From Octopus bimaculoides (lineage: Eukaryota), in NCBI RefSeq assembly GCF_001194135.2, contig NC_068981.1, positions 155,181,506-155,245,505 on the forward strand: a stretch of DNA of 64,000 nucleotides, read 5' to 3'. This document shows, one piece after another, positions 39,615 to 53,219 of this stretch. The translations under genes were made by a program, and so were the position numbers. Under the pieces are notes generated by a model, which saw only the letters and a list, made by a program, of their open reading frames with translations, was not told the origin of the DNA and ran no database searches. Position 1 is the stretch's first letter, and every line of letters begins with the position of its first letter.

Positions 39615-40111
39615 ACAATAGGCACAAGGCCTGAAACTTTGGGGTAGGGGGCTAGTTGATTACACCGACCCCAGCGTGATCAACCCTGAAAGGATGAAAG
39701 GCAAAGTTGACCTCAGCAGAATTTGAACTCAAGACATAAGGAAGGATGAAATGCTGCTAAACATTTTGCCCAGGATGCTAATGATTCTGCCAGCTTGCCA
39801 CCTTAACCAAATACATAATAATGATTTCATACTTTGGATCAAGCAATTTCAGGGGAAGGTGTAAATTGATTACATCAGCCTCAGTGCTCAACTGGTACTC
39901 ATTTTATTGACCCCGAAAGAATGAAAGGCAAAGTTGACCTCGGTGGAATTGGAACACAGAACGTAAAGATGGACAAAATGCTGCTAAGCATTTTGCCTGG
40001 AGTGCTAATGATTCTGCAAGTTTGCTGCCTTATAAAAGAAGTGCCTTTCTGGTGGGGAACTGAACACCGGTCTCCTATGTGACAGGCAGGGGTACTCACC
40101 ACTTTACTACT

Positions 40112-40113
40112 GA

Positions 40114-40187
<74 letters not shown>

Positions 40188-40190
40188 TAA
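40112..40190 (+). repeat. (TAA)n microsatellite (tail of a family B SINE)
   Basis: Direct. Confidence 0.97.
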
Positions 40191-40469
40191 TGGTTTCAAA
40201 TTTTGGCACAAAGTCAGCAATTTTAGGTGAAAGAGATAGTTGATTACCTTCACACCAGTACCTGAGTGATGCTTGTTTTATTGACACTGAAGGGACAAAA
40301 GGCGAAGTTCTCCTTGGAGGCATTTAAACTCAGAATGTAAACAGTTCACAGAAATACCTCAAAGCATTCTGTCCCATGTTCAAATAATTCTGCTAGCTCA
40401 CCATGACAATGGTGATGATGATGATAGTGATGGCAGTGGTATCAATGATGATGATGATGATGATGAAGC

Positions 40470-41150
40470 CACTTCACCAGAAGTCACCAAAAACATATAA
40501 TGGAGCAGAATACAGTAAGCAACTGCAGAATATGTGGGGATAGGGAAAAAACAATTACATTATCTCTGGCTGTCCAGTCTTAGCCAAGAGAGAATACATC
40601 CACAGGTGTGTCAGAGTTGGGTAATACACTGGAAATTATGTCATGAAACATTAACAGAAAAAAGATGTATAGGCAAGCCTCAGAAAAAGTTTCCAAGAAT
40701 GACAAAGCAATCATGCTCTGGAGTATGCCAATACACACAGTCATGGAGATCAAGCATAATCGACTACATATTGTTTGGCAAGGACTATTGGGAAAAGAAC
40801 TAACTGCCTTCTAATTGATACATAGGTCCCGAGAGATGATAATATATCACTAAAGGAGATGGAAAAATTACTCAAATAGAAAGATCTGGAAATAGAGATA
40901 ATCTGATTGTAAGGCCTGAATACAGAAGTAATCCCTTTGGGAATGAAAGAAAGAAAAATATTGACAAATACATCACCAAAATCCCAGGATTTATTAAAAT
41001 GCATAACATAAAAAATTACACCTCTAAACATCTCATACATATTACATAGGGTACTTTCAATATTGCAAAAATAACAAAACAAAAGCATACAGAGCAAGCG
41101 CTGTTCAGTAGTGTAGTGAAAGCCCACAATAAAAATATGACTGCTAACTA
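40470..41150 (+). mobile_element. R4/Dong-clade non-LTR retrotransposon 3' relic (restriction-like endonuclease)
   Basis: Fragments SNCRICGDREK..ISGCPVLAKREYIHR (CCHC), LWSMPIHT..IKHNRLHIV (cf. NRPDIV), CLLID..VP.DDNISLKEMEKL.K.KDLEIEI; frameshifted. Confidence 0.8.
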
Positions 41151-41794
41151 ATTATAATAATGGTTTCAAATTTTGGCACAAGGCCAGCAATTTTGTGGAG
41201 TGGGTAATTGTTGGTGATATTCCATAATAATGTCTTACTTTTTACCTGACAACAGATAGAGTAAATTGCTCTGTCCAGAAATGGAATTTATATACTAGCA
41301 GCCAACTGATTTGAGCTCATGGCCCATGAACAGATAATTCACTACCTTCATGTCCCTAATTTTAGAAGGGTCAATGTTGCAATAATCTCTTATAGACATT
41401 CTCTTAAAAATAAAAACTTTTGGAAAATTACTTCAAGAAAATCACTTAACAATTTACTAAAATTGATTCTATAGAAAATTGATAAAAAGATTAAACTTCT
41501 TTTTCCCCTCTTTAGAACTGCATTCATCTATAAGAAGCTCACTTTCATGTTTGTATTTCCTTTTTCCTTTAACCACCAAATTTCAACAGCTAAAGCAGTT
41601 TAATCTTGCAATCAGATTAAAATAATAAAGATGGTAGAATGTTAGCTCATCCCCAATCCTGATAATGGAGGATTAAAGATATTTTCTCATAGCATTGCCT
41701 ATACCTCTTTCCAGGACTTCCAAGACTGGTGACAGCATCAAAGTAGATGTTGTTAAATGGACCCATATGCCAAGTGGTTATTATTGTTGTTGTT

Positions 41795-42005
41795 ATTGTT
41801 ATTGTAGTTTAACCCCAAGTAAAATATGATCAAGGTAAAATATGATCAAGGTAAAATATGATCAAAAGCGCTCCAGCTGTGGCCATCTCAACTTCTTTGT
41901 GCATCTAGGACAACATTGTTTAATGTGCCCTTTTTTGAACAGTGGGGTGTGATTGAAAGCAAGCTGGTTGTTATTTCTAGTGGGCTGAGCAAATACATAG
42001 AGATT
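41795..42005 (+). mobile_element. Dispersed repeat family E (unclassified)
   Basis: ttgt..tttaaccccaag...gtgtgatt..g...tatttctag.. blocks recur at ~44295-44649 (host of the telomeric MITE), 45430-45520, 52385-52600 and 62145-62350. Confidence 0.55.
41817..41865 (+). repeat. Tandem repeat, ~3 x 16 bp
   Basis: AAGGTAAAATATGATC units. Confidence 0.9.
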
Positions 42006-42555
42006 ATCACAATAGTTCAGATGGTGGTGTTAACATAAGCCACAACAGTAACTCCACAGAAAATTCACCAATACACCACTCATATATTAAAATGATTACT
42101 ATTGCTTTGGAAGGTGAGTTATCCAATTCATTAGTGCCCTCATTTAAGGAAGCATTGGACAGGGGTAGCTGCACCCACACCATTACACAGAATTGACAGT
42201 CCCTCCTCACAAATTATTGGGTATTAAAAAAAAATTATTAGTTAGTAATTATACAAACAAGTTTTGATAGAATTTTTTGCTCATATAACTGAACTTTGTA
42301 TGTTTTAATCCAGCTCTGAGTCTTAAATAGCTTTAAATAAAGAGCTATATGCTGTAGTACTGTGAGATGAATTAGAGATTAATATTAATCTATTTCACCT
42401 CTTAACACAATATAGATACACCTTCTTTTCTGAGATAGTAAGCTGAACCAATAATGAAGCTTCTATCCAGTAGCTCAACTTGCTAGAAAAAGCAGCTAAA
42501 TTTTCTAAAATCACACTAATTGGATTGATTACAAGGAAGGCTGTATCCACATCCT

Positions 42556-42780
42556 TTAATGTTTTGCCATTAAGATTACTCTGTCAAATATGATATTTAT
42601 AATACTTATTTATATTGTTTTGAATTAATCCTGCATTGTCTCACAGCTTCAAGATTTAGATGATCTGATTGTTTATTTTTAGAATGAAGTTGTAGGGTAA
42701 GTATAAGAGGGTGGATCTGGTCAGTTTGAACATAAAACAGGTGGAATATAGGGGTCAGATATGACTAGTTTAAGGGTTAA
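42556..42780 (+). mobile_element. piggyBac-like MITE, family P1
   Basis: Same body (agattactctgtcaaat...ttttagaatga...aacataaaacagg), ends AAGGG-TTAA. Confidence 0.75.
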
Positions 42781-42786
42781 AGGTCT

Positions 42787-43090
42787 TCAGAGGCTGGTGA
42801 GATTAATGAAGTTAAAATTCCTCTTGAACAGTTGTAACTCTATGGTAAATAACTGCAGAGAAGTTCTGGGAAGGAAGGACTCAGCATAATGATTATTGCA
42901 GAGCTTGTTGGGGTGGACACAATATGGATGACAAAAGAAAAAAAGAGAAAAGTAAGCCAAGATGGTCGACATTCTGGGAAGGAAGGAGTAAGAAAAATCA
43001 CTAGTGTGAGATCTGGGAGGTTTGACACAACACAGGTGATTAAGGAGGAGAGATGTGTGATTTAGAAATGTCTGAGTGGAAGTGATCCAA
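42787..43090 (-). mobile_element. CR1/Jockey-group LINE 3' end relic
   Basis: HPYCVHPNKLCNNHYAESFLPRTS...LQLFKRNFNFINL resembles the SF.PRT..LWN C-terminal motif; the TCCTTCCTTCCCAGAA segment is duplicated. Confidence 0.55.
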
Positions 43091-43647
43091 GAATAATTAG
43101 TTTCATTATAATGGCTATTGAAAAGGCAGTGAGAGAAGACAACATGAAAGGCTGGAGCATATCTGCAAATGACTGTATGTCAATCAGACTGAAAGATCTC
43201 TTTTTGGATGCAATCTAGGATAACTGAGTTTGCAGCAACAACACCAACAATACTCCATTGTTTGGTTCATCTAACAGAAGGGAATATGAGAAATGGAGCT
43301 TAAACATATTCACAGTTTGATAAAATGAATAACTCCAAAATATGTTGGCAATGCCATTATTTGTTTGTTGGTTAAATTTATTTTTCAAACTTTACAAAAT
43401 AATCTTCTTTTTCTTATGCCAAGTACAGTTATTTTACAGTTATTTTATTACTATTACTTGTTTCAATCACAAACTCTCAATTAATTCTTCAGGTTAAGGA
43501 ATTTCAAGTGCAATCATTTAAGATTTGTAATCATACAATGCCACCATGGGACCCTTCACATAGTTTGTACCTTGTTTAAAAGGTTTGCTCTCGAAATTAT
43601 TAAGTCTTTTTGATTTAATCAATGATGTGTTCAACATTATCTTTTAT

Positions 43648-43874
43648 CTTTCACTTGTTTCAGTCAATGGACTGTGGCCATGTGGGGCATTGCCTTTGAA
43701 GGTTTAGTCAAACAAATTGGTCACAGAATGTATTCTTTAAGTCTAGTGCTTATTCTATTATTTTCCTTTGCTGTATTACTAAGTTATGGTGTATTACCAA
43801 GACTAGTGGTGGTGGGGGACAAACATAACACAAACACATAAGACACACACACGCACACACGTTTGTGTGTGTGA

Positions 43875-43907
<33 letters not shown>

Positions 43908-44075
43908 AATAATATATGACAGGCTTCTTTCTGTCTACCAAATCCATTCACAAGGATTTGATTAGCTCAGGGCTATAGCAAAAGACGCTTGACTGAGGTG
44001 CCACACAATTGGAGAGAACCCAAGACCCAAGACATGGTTGGGAAGCAAGCTTTTCAGCCACACAGCCACACCCAC
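43648..44075 (-). mobile_element. SINE family A
   Basis: Tail, central microsatellite and head all recognisable. Confidence 0.75.
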
Positions 44076-44649
44076 ACCTATATAAAGAAATTTTAAAACA
44101 AAACTAAACAAAAACAAAAATCAAATAAGCCGCTTATAATACAGTTTACTGAGAGTTATAACTGGTGGAGGTGACAAGAAATTGGACTGTGAGTTGAAGG
44201 GTCATAATTTACAGTCAGTTACATTGTGTGATAGCCATGCCCAGACACTTTATTTTTATTGGCTATGTTCAGATACCACAATGAGATTGTTGTTGCAATT
44301 ATAGTTGTTTAGCCTCAGATTAACCCTGACCAATATATGACCAAAGGTATTCCAGTCATATCCATTCTGTTTATTTTCAAACACAGTGTGTATCTAGGAC
44401 TATACTACCCAAAACGCCCTGTTTGTGAGATGGTACAGTGTGGTTTAGAGAAAGTTTGACAGTTATTTCTAGCAGGTAAAAGCATCCTAGTTGACTAACT
44501 GAAGATGGTAGGGTGTGATGAGAGCGAGGTTTAGCTGTTACTCCTAGTAGGTCAAACAACTGTGTACAAATACAAGCTCTTGCTGACTCACACATCATTC
44601 TTAGTTGTTTAAGATGGTGAGGTATGATTTGAGGGATATTTGGCCACTT

Positions 44650-45245
44650 GGATCTTTTTTAAAACGGGGGCCACATTTTTCATTAACGAAACACTTTGAA
44701 ACTTGGATCACTGGTAGAATGTGTCATATAAAACATCTTTTTCTCTTAGTCTTCTTAAAAAAAAAAGAAATCCATAAATTATTCCATGTTAAAGTTGTCG
44801 TATTTCTGTAATTTCAACCAATCACTGACGTCCATTCAGCCGATATACATTAAGTGCCGACTACATAAACAAACGATTCTGAAACAATTAACCCTAACCC
44901 TAACTCTAACTCTAACCCTAACCCTAACCCTAGGGTTAGAGTTAGGGTTAGGGTTAGGGTTAGGGTTAGGGTTAAAGCAAATTTAAAATGAAAAAAGCAA
45001 ATAAAACGAAGAATCGTTTGTTTATGTAGTCGGCACTTAATGTATATCGGCTGAATGGACGTCAGTGATTGGTTGAAATTATCGAAATAAGACAATTTTT
45101 TACATGAAATAAATTCGAATACAAAAATATTTTTCTGTTCTATAACACAAAATAGATAAGTATACGAAGTTTGAAAGTCTTTCGGTACCAAAAGCACTAC
45201 GTAAAACATTAGTGAAAAATATGGCCCCCGTTTTAAAAAAGATCC
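44650..45245. mobile_element. Fold-back non-autonomous DNA transposon (Merlin-like termini) with telomeric-repeat core
   Basis: TIR GGATCTTTTTTAAAACGGGGGCCA at both ends; 8-bp TSD GGCCACTT (44642-44649, 45246-45253); perfect 72-bp internal IR (44809-44880 / 45010-45081); central (CCCTAA)n-(TTAGGG)n. The superfamily assignment is inference. Confidence 0.9.
44889..44975. repeat. Interstitial telomeric repeat, (CCCTAA)n followed by (TTAGGG)n
   Basis: About 7 + 7 hexamers with a few CTCTAA/TTAGAG variants; symmetry centre CCCTAGGG at 44928-44935. Confidence 0.95.
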
Positions 45246-46238
45246 GGCCACTTTGTCTAGCAACCATGTAAAGGCATCTTTGCAGACTTATTTCTTGTTT
45301 GATGCTGTTGTGTTACTATGGGAAGGAACTTATGTTGTCTTCAGGTTGCCTTAGGGCCATATCACTATCATTGATTTATGGTATCTATTGAAGAAAGAAT
45401 ACATTTGTTCCTCAACATAATCAATAAAAATAAAAATAAAAACAAGAGCCAATGAGGGAGCCCTTACACAGCTGCACAACTTACTAGAAATAGCAGAAAC
45501 AGTCACCTCAGAATACTTGTTACAGGCATAATAAAGGAATTACACACAAAATACTGTAACTGGGATAAATTATGTTTGAATAAAAAACAGCATGAGTACA
45601 ACTGAAATGGCTTCAAGCATATGGTCTGCTTAATATGGGCAGACCTAAATTTCCACTCTCTGAAAAGACTAAACAGAAGCAATAACATATTACAGTTTGA
45701 AGTTATCAGACCCCTGCTAAAAGCTGTTTAATTTTCATATAAAATTAAAAATTTGAATATGCTCATATATGTCTTTTATTCTATACATCTTATTAATTAT
45801 TTACATACTTTTTCATATGGTATAATCAGACATTGTTAGCCCTATTTTTTAGAGGCACCGAGACTGGGAGAGTTTATCTTTTCACCAGAGACATAATTCT
45901 CATGCTTACAATAGAGAAAAATCTGCTAAAAGCACTCAATATTGAGATGGTGGATTAAGTCCACCCTCCATGAAGAGGAACAGTTTCTAATGAGCTTCCA
46001 CATGGTTTCTGTCTGTAATTTCACTCAAAAAGCTTTAGTTAACCCAAAGCTATAGCAGAATTTATTTGCCTATTTCCCCACATAGTAAGATTGATCAGGG
46101 CTTTATTGTACAGTTTAATTTCTCTTCTTGAAGGACTTTTTTTCATAATCATTCCTTATGCTTTTACATGGTTGCTAGACATAGCAGCCAAATTTTAGGG
46201 ATATTTTTCATTTGACAGCTATATGAAGATATTCTGTA

Positions 46239-46466
46239 TTAACCCTTTAGCATTTGGATTACTCTCTCAAATGTAATGTGTAATTAGTCACATTATTTTG
46301 ATTTAATTATGTATTACCTTGTAGCTTTGGGATTTTGATGATGTGATTGTTTATTTTTAGAATGACATTGTAGGATAGATGTGAGAGGCCAGATCTGGCA
46401 AGTTTGAACATAAAACAGGTAGAATAATTGGGTAGGATATGGCTGATTTAAATGTTAAAGGATTAT
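46239..46466 (+). mobile_element. piggyBac-like MITE, family P1
   Basis: TTAA-CCCTTTAGCATTT start, same body, decayed right TIR. Confidence 0.8.
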
Positions 46467-46588
46467 GTATTGCATATTGAAACTATGTGTAAATGATGAC
46501 ATTGACAGCCTCTACCTTGCAGTGAGACTAAATTAGACATGTTTTCTGGACCAGAATAACCATAATATTTCTCTCTCTCTCTCTCTCA

Positions 46589-46623
<35 letters not shown>

Positions 46624-48828
46624 CAATTCCTGAGCAGGTAGGGGAAATAGATGTACAATGGTCGGCGTTTAATATTCTAGTGTGCCAGATAAGGGAAGAG
46701 CTAGAGCTAAACAACAACAACAACAACAGCAGCAGTAGCAGCAGCAATAACAAATGCAACAAATATACAACAGCCAATCCTGTATGAAGATAATTTCCTT
46801 TACAATTATATTTCACTTGGGAGAGTTGATAATTATGTAATTGTATTAAGAACAACCTCAAGAGTAATCTTAGGAGAGAAACTTGTGAGACATTTGTGAT
46901 AGACCTAATGCATTTCCATAGACCTGTTGCATGCGTTTGGACCATGTCTATAGTCTAAGGATAATGATGCATTGCTTTCTACTGCAGTAAACCATGAGTA
47001 ATGGGTTCTATTCCACTTTGCTCCCACACCAGCAACACAGAAATGGGATATAAGTACTACCTCTTCCTCCACTGAAAAAAATAAAATTATTTAGGAGACA
47101 TTTTCTTAGTATTACAGAATTTGTTTGACCACAAAAACAATTACTAAAAACTGCATTCAGAGTTCTACAAATAAGTTACATACTAAACAATGTCGATACC
47201 TTCATTATGTTGATTTTTTTCAAAGAATTATTATATTTGCAAATGCAATTTATTTCAATGATAAACTTTAAAAACAAAAAAGGAAAGAAAATTCTAGATT
47301 CTTATAATATGTTTCCTGGCAGAAGGCCAAACAAAGATTCTTTCAAGAAAATATTTGCAATTTTGCCAGAAAATGCAGACTTAAAATGATTTCTCCGTTC
47401 AATTAAAATTTTTATTATTTTACTTTCAGTTACAAAAGTTAAACAAAGAATTATAAATTTCACAACATATTTACAAATCATGAAAACTTTTGAACAATTG
47501 ATGCCGACCATTGTACATTTAATTTCCCTACCTGCTCAGGAATTGATGAGTGCACATGTGTGTGTATGCACACATGTGTGCCTGCATCTAAAGTAGGTAT
47601 TCTGATCTAGAAAACAAATGCCTAATTTAGTCTCTCAGAAAACAATATCATTATTTTCAGATGGTTTCCATGTACAACTGCCAAAAGATCAAATGACAAA
47701 TATCCCAAAATTCCTTGTTTCTCTTTAATCATCATCATCATTATCATCAATTAACGTCCATTTTCCATGCTGGTATGGGTTGGCTGATTTGACTGAAAAC
47801 TGGTAAGCTGGAGAGCTACACCAGGTTCCAATCTGATTTGGCTTGTTTCTACATCTGAATGCCTTTCCTAACACCAACCACTCCAAGAGTGTAGTGGGTG
47901 CTTTTTTACATGCCATCAGTTATGTAATGCCAGCATCAGCCATGACTACGATCTCATGTGGCTTGACATGAATAATTCAAGAGCAGTCAAACCACAAAAT
48001 AAAGTAGTAGATAATGGCTTGTTTATATGATTAAGAAGTCCATACCACACCTATATCATTTCAGGTTCAAGAGTAAGTATATTCTACTATAGTCTTAGGT
48101 TGACCAAAGCCTTATAAGTGAAATTTGGCCAACAGAAACCATGTAGAAGCTCATCAGAGAGACCATTTCTTTTCTTGGAGGGTGTACTTAATCCTCCACC
48201 TGGATATTGAGAGCTTTTAGCCAAGTATACTTTATTGCAAACATTTGAGCCATGTCTCTACAAAAGTATCAACGGTGCTACCCATTCTCCTCTGACTCTA
48301 TCGCTTGAAATAAACAAATAAATAAATGGAATAAAGCACATATATGAATAAATTTAAATTTTAAATTTCATGTGAAAATCAAACAACTTTCATCTGTGGG
48401 CTGATAATTACAAACATTAATATTTTATTACTTCAATTTAGTTTTTTCAGGAAGAGCAAATTAATTTCTGGTTGGTGTGGGCTCTTTCTATACAAATTGT
48501 ACTTTTTATACAATAATTGATTTCTCTTTACCAGTTGTAACTAATTTTTATAGAGACGAGTGTATAATTGATTGAACTAACCCTGATATATAACTGTGTC
48601 TTAGTCAAGCCTTTGAGTGAAGCCTACATATGATCTCAGCCAGTTAGAAATAATAGATGAATCTTTCTCAGTTTCTACACTATCATTTTGCAAAAAAACA
48701 AACAAAAAAAAAAACAAAAAAAGAAATGGATGCATTAGTTACTCCTAGAAGGATAGAAGGACAAGATGGTCATGGTTGGAGTGGCTCATGTTTTCTCAAA
48801 GTTGATCTGGGGTTAAACAACAACAACT

Positions 48829-48850
48829 CCTCCTCCTCCTCCTCCTCCTC

Positions 48851-48931
<81 letters not shown>
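48829..48931 (+). repeat. Compound (CTC)n(CTA)n microsatellite
   Basis: Direct. Confidence 0.97.
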
Positions 48932-48932
<1 letters not shown>

Positions 48933-50424
48933 ATATTTTATTAGCCCTTGTGTAATAAATGGCAAAGCTATTACCAATGGGATTTGAAATGAAAGCATCA
49001 AAAAATGAGACTAAAATCTCTATGGTATTTTGTCTCATGATCTAATTTTTCTGCCAACATACTATTCACATTTTCTTTATTATTGATTTCTCACATTGGT
49101 AGAAAGCTGGAAATATGTAAACACAGGTGCAGTAAGCCAATTAAATCGACCCCAGTAAATGCCTGTGTTTATTTTATCTTCAGTTAGATGAAAAGCTATG
49201 TCAACCCTCAGCAGGATTTGAACTCAAATATCAAAAGAGACGAAGTTAATTACTGTAAGACATTTGCATCTGGTATGGCCACTGCTTTTGAAACTTCATT
49301 TCCCGTCACTGTTTACATATTGATTGGAAAGGAAAATTACATTTCTAGCTATTTTGCTTAGCTTTATATTATTTTGTATTGCTATTTCAATATAAAGTTT
49401 ATTATTTTATGGTGAAAAAAGAATGTCTTTTTTTTTTTTATTTAACAGATGTTTCAGTTATTTTTGTATAAATGCTCCTACAATTTATATTGCTGTTAAA
49501 AAAAATTGCATGTTAATTATTCTAAGTCATTTTTTTTTAACAGTTAGACACAATTCATTTTATTGGCACCTCAACAATGAATTGAAATTGATACTTATTA
49601 TTTTCTATTAAGGTAAACTGAAACAAGTAATTGAATGATTTCAAAATTCAGTTTATTTATTCATATAAATAATATTTAAGCTTTGGTTTCCCTTTTCCAT
49701 TTTATTCATGAACCACAATTTCTGCTTCTTGAATATAAGTAAATAAAGATTTTTCTCCCACTATGACAGGGAGAAATGTTTTTATAGCAATTAATATTAA
49801 ATATGAATTCCAGCATCTAAATATATATCTAATGTAAACAATTATTTCGTAATAATTGTATGTTACAAAGAAAAAGAGCTTGAGATTTTTGAGGAAGTTT
49901 TGATGGGAAGTTGTGATATTGATATTTGCTACCAAAATTAAAATAGGTTTGTGAATGGTAGAATAGAAAGACTAGCACTAAATATCATATATTTATTTAT
50001 GACTCTGCAAAAGGTCTCAATACATATCTACTGAGAGTGATTTTGACAGGAGTGCTAAAATACATGTTAGTTTTATATATATATATATATATATAATTGT
50101 TGTCAATTCAGTATATATATATTGTTGCCAATTCAGTCGCTTACCTATTTTTACATCAAATGTATAGACTTGTTAGACATAAATTAAAAAACTAATACAT
50201 AAAGACATAGATTTTGGTCAAAATTTCCAACCATAAGTGTCCAACCAATCTATCAAGTGCACTACTAGGCTTATTGAATTTGTGTGTCTTTCCAAATAAA
50301 TTAGTAATATAATTGATTTGGCATGACTTGCTTTGGGAATCAAACCCAAGTGACATGTTAGGGTGTTCAGAAATTCGTTATATATTTTCCATAGAAAGAG
50401 AAGAGCAAATGTCAATTAAGTTTT

Positions 50425-51400
50425 CTTGAATATAATTTATCAATTATGTAATCACCATCATTATCAATGACTGCAGTTCCTCAAATAACCAAATTTTTTC
50501 TTTGTTTAAAAAATTATGTTTTTTTGCTTCCTGCAAAAGTGCTTGGCATAATGTTTCCAATGTCTTCTTTGTTTCTAAATGTTCTGCCCTCCATATCATT
50601 TTCTAACAATTGAAACAAGTGAAAATCCATAGGTAATAAATTTGATAAGTATAGAGATGCCCTGTGCTAATGATCTTTACCTGGGTTTATTTCAGAGTCA
50701 TGCTGGAGAATAACACCTTTTTGGTTTACCAAAAACTGGCCTCTTTCAGAGTAATGCTTCATTTGCCCAATTAAGTTAATGGTAAAAGATGTCAGTATTA
50801 ATGGTATATTTTGTTCCAGTACCTCATAACAGACAACACTATTCATGCTCTACCAGTTGCACAGGAAGAATTCTGTTAATAATGCTCTGGTTTTGGTGTT
50901 GGCACCAGTTTCTTATTTACTGATTAACAGTATCTTTTTCTTTCTTGGTAGTGTCCATTTTCCTCACCAGTAACAATGCAGTGCAGAAACAAGATCCTGT
51001 TATTCTTGGGTTAGAGACTGCTGCAGATGGTGGAACATTCTGTTTGGTTTTCAAGTGAGATTTCATAAGGAAGCCAAATCCCTTCTTTGCATTTTTTTCT
51101 CAATTTATGCAAGATGCTTATGGACAGTTGAACATGGCACATTCAGTTTCTGCACCAACTTTCTGGTGCTTTCTTGAACATATGAGTCAGCTTTTCTCAT
51201 AAAAGATTATTGGCCAGAACAAAGCTTATTGGAAAGATCATAATCTCCATTGATAAACTTCTGAAAGTACAAGTGGCATTTGTGAGCTTTCATTGCATCA
51301 TGATATACAACACAAATGTTTTTCATTGCTTGTATTGCAGTACTACTGCTCTTTCAAAATTCATACAGTAAGCAATGACAAATGCTTCTCTTTGAAGTTT
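50425..51400 (-). pseudogene. Decayed mariner (DD34D-type) transposase
   Basis: Minus-strand fragments IVTGEEN (cf. IVTGDEKW), VILQHDS (cf. LHDNA), DFHLFQLLENDMEGRTF, IDNDGDYIIDK; many stops and frameshifts. Confidence 0.7.
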
Positions 51401-52759
51401 TTATCTTCCATGGGGTTAAACCTTTACATTATCAATGACACTGCTGGATAGAAGTGATGATAAGCTAGATATAATGTCATACTCTACCATTTAAGCATTG
51501 TCATACTTTAGTTGGTAAACTTATGATTTACAAAAGTGAAAATATAACTGTATTCTGAACACCTCCCCCAACATTTATCTTGATTTCTTAAGCATGATGT
51601 CACAGAGATTTAGAGGAAGGGAAAATGGGAAATGATGACACTTATGCCTTCTTTTCCAATCACATTAGTTAAAATATTACAACATATTAATATGCTATAA
51701 CAATAAATCAAATCCTGGTGTTATTATACATTATTTCCTTGTTAAAGAAATGTTTGTTATGAATTACAAAACTGAATTAACTATAGCAATTATGGATAGA
51801 TAGAATATAAATAATCTTCATTTTAAAATTGCTGACATCACATATGGGTGACCTTGCAAACCAACAAACTAAATTGGTTTCATATATTTGGAAATAAAAT
51901 TTAAGAAATTGCATGCAAAGTAGAAATTGAATTTTTCAGAAATCTGACATATTATTAGGCTTCGTAATTTAAAAATGCATGACAACATAGAAACTTAGAT
52001 TATTCACTCCTTTATAACAATGAGATAGAATATTTTAGATTGCTATTGACATTATACCCATTGTTGTTATTTTCACATGCAATTTTATGTGTTAGCATTA
52101 CATATGAGAACATCTAAAACTACATGCTGTCCTTAACTTTTGCTTCCCAATTTCTATGGTTTCACAATCTGATAATAACATTCCAAGATATGAAATTACT
52201 TTGAGATGATTGGTTCGAAATCTGCTGACTTAAATATTGCTCTAAAACTTAAAGAATTAGATTATAACTTCATCTCTTTCTCTCTCTCTCACACACATGC
52301 ACTTTCTTTTTACATCCCTCTCTCTTTCTCTCTCTCCTTCCCTCTCTTTCTCACATGCACATTAAATAAATCAAAGGGAGAGGCTTGTTAGTAATTGGTT
52401 GATCTGCAAGAAATAGCAGTCATATCTTTCTCAAATTGCACCTTACTATCTTAAACAAAGGCAGAACACATTCAATAGTGTAGTCCTAGATATACAATGC
52501 TTGAAAATAAGACAGGCTGGTTATGGCTGGAACACTGCTGATCATAAAGTCAATTTGGTTAGGGCAAGCTTAAGGCTAACAACAATAACAAGCATAAACA
52601 ACTGTAACAGCAACAACAACAAATAATTAAAGGGAATCATCAATCATTCCAAATTATTTCATGTCAATAATATTTTTCTTACACAGAAGCATCTTGATCA
52701 AAACAAAACATTCTCATTTGTTCCCATTGGTTCATTTAGTTCAATGAAGTAATTAGTGT

Positions 52760-53006
52760 TTAACACTTTAGCATTCAGATTACTCTGTCAAATGTGATGT
52801 TTGTTTGTTCACATTGTTTTGAATTAATTATGCATTATCCCACTATTATCTCACTCTCTTATAGCTTCAAGATTTTGATGATGTGATTGTTCATTCTTAA
52901 AGTAACATTGTAGGGTGGGTGTGAAAGGCCAGATTTAGTTGGTTAGGACATGAAAGAAGTAAAATATTTGGGATGGATATGGCCAGTTTAAATGCTAAAG
53001 AGTTTA
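52760..53006 (+). mobile_element. piggyBac-like MITE, family P1
   Basis: TTAA-CACTTTAGCATTCAG...AAATGCTAAAGAG-TTTA, same body. Confidence 0.8.
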
Positions 53007-53082
53007 TTCAAAGATGAGTGGAAACAACAAACATATTAGACAAATCATTAAGTAATATAAACTACATTTTCCCCCTTCTACA

Positions 53083-53219
<137 letters not shown>

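Larger units (their letters stand above)
39030..40400 (-). mobile_element. Cluster of SINE family B copies (39030-39175, 39615-39805, 39820-40032, 40190-40400)
   Basis: Each has ggcacaaggccagcaattt...gaaaggatgaaaggcaaagtcgacct...ctgccagct and a (TAA)n tail. The central TTGCCTTTCATCCTTTCGGGGTCGATAAAAT block resembles the MetaSINE/Sauria-type domain (from memory). Confidence 0.8.

Noticed and set aside
41817-41865. CRISPR-like or regulatory array
   Set aside because: Adjacent units without spacers in a eukaryotic repeat; simple slippage.
44889-44975. Ancient telomere-telomere fusion site
   Set aside because: Orientation is opposite to a fusion scar, and the tract sits inside a TIR/TSD-bounded element.
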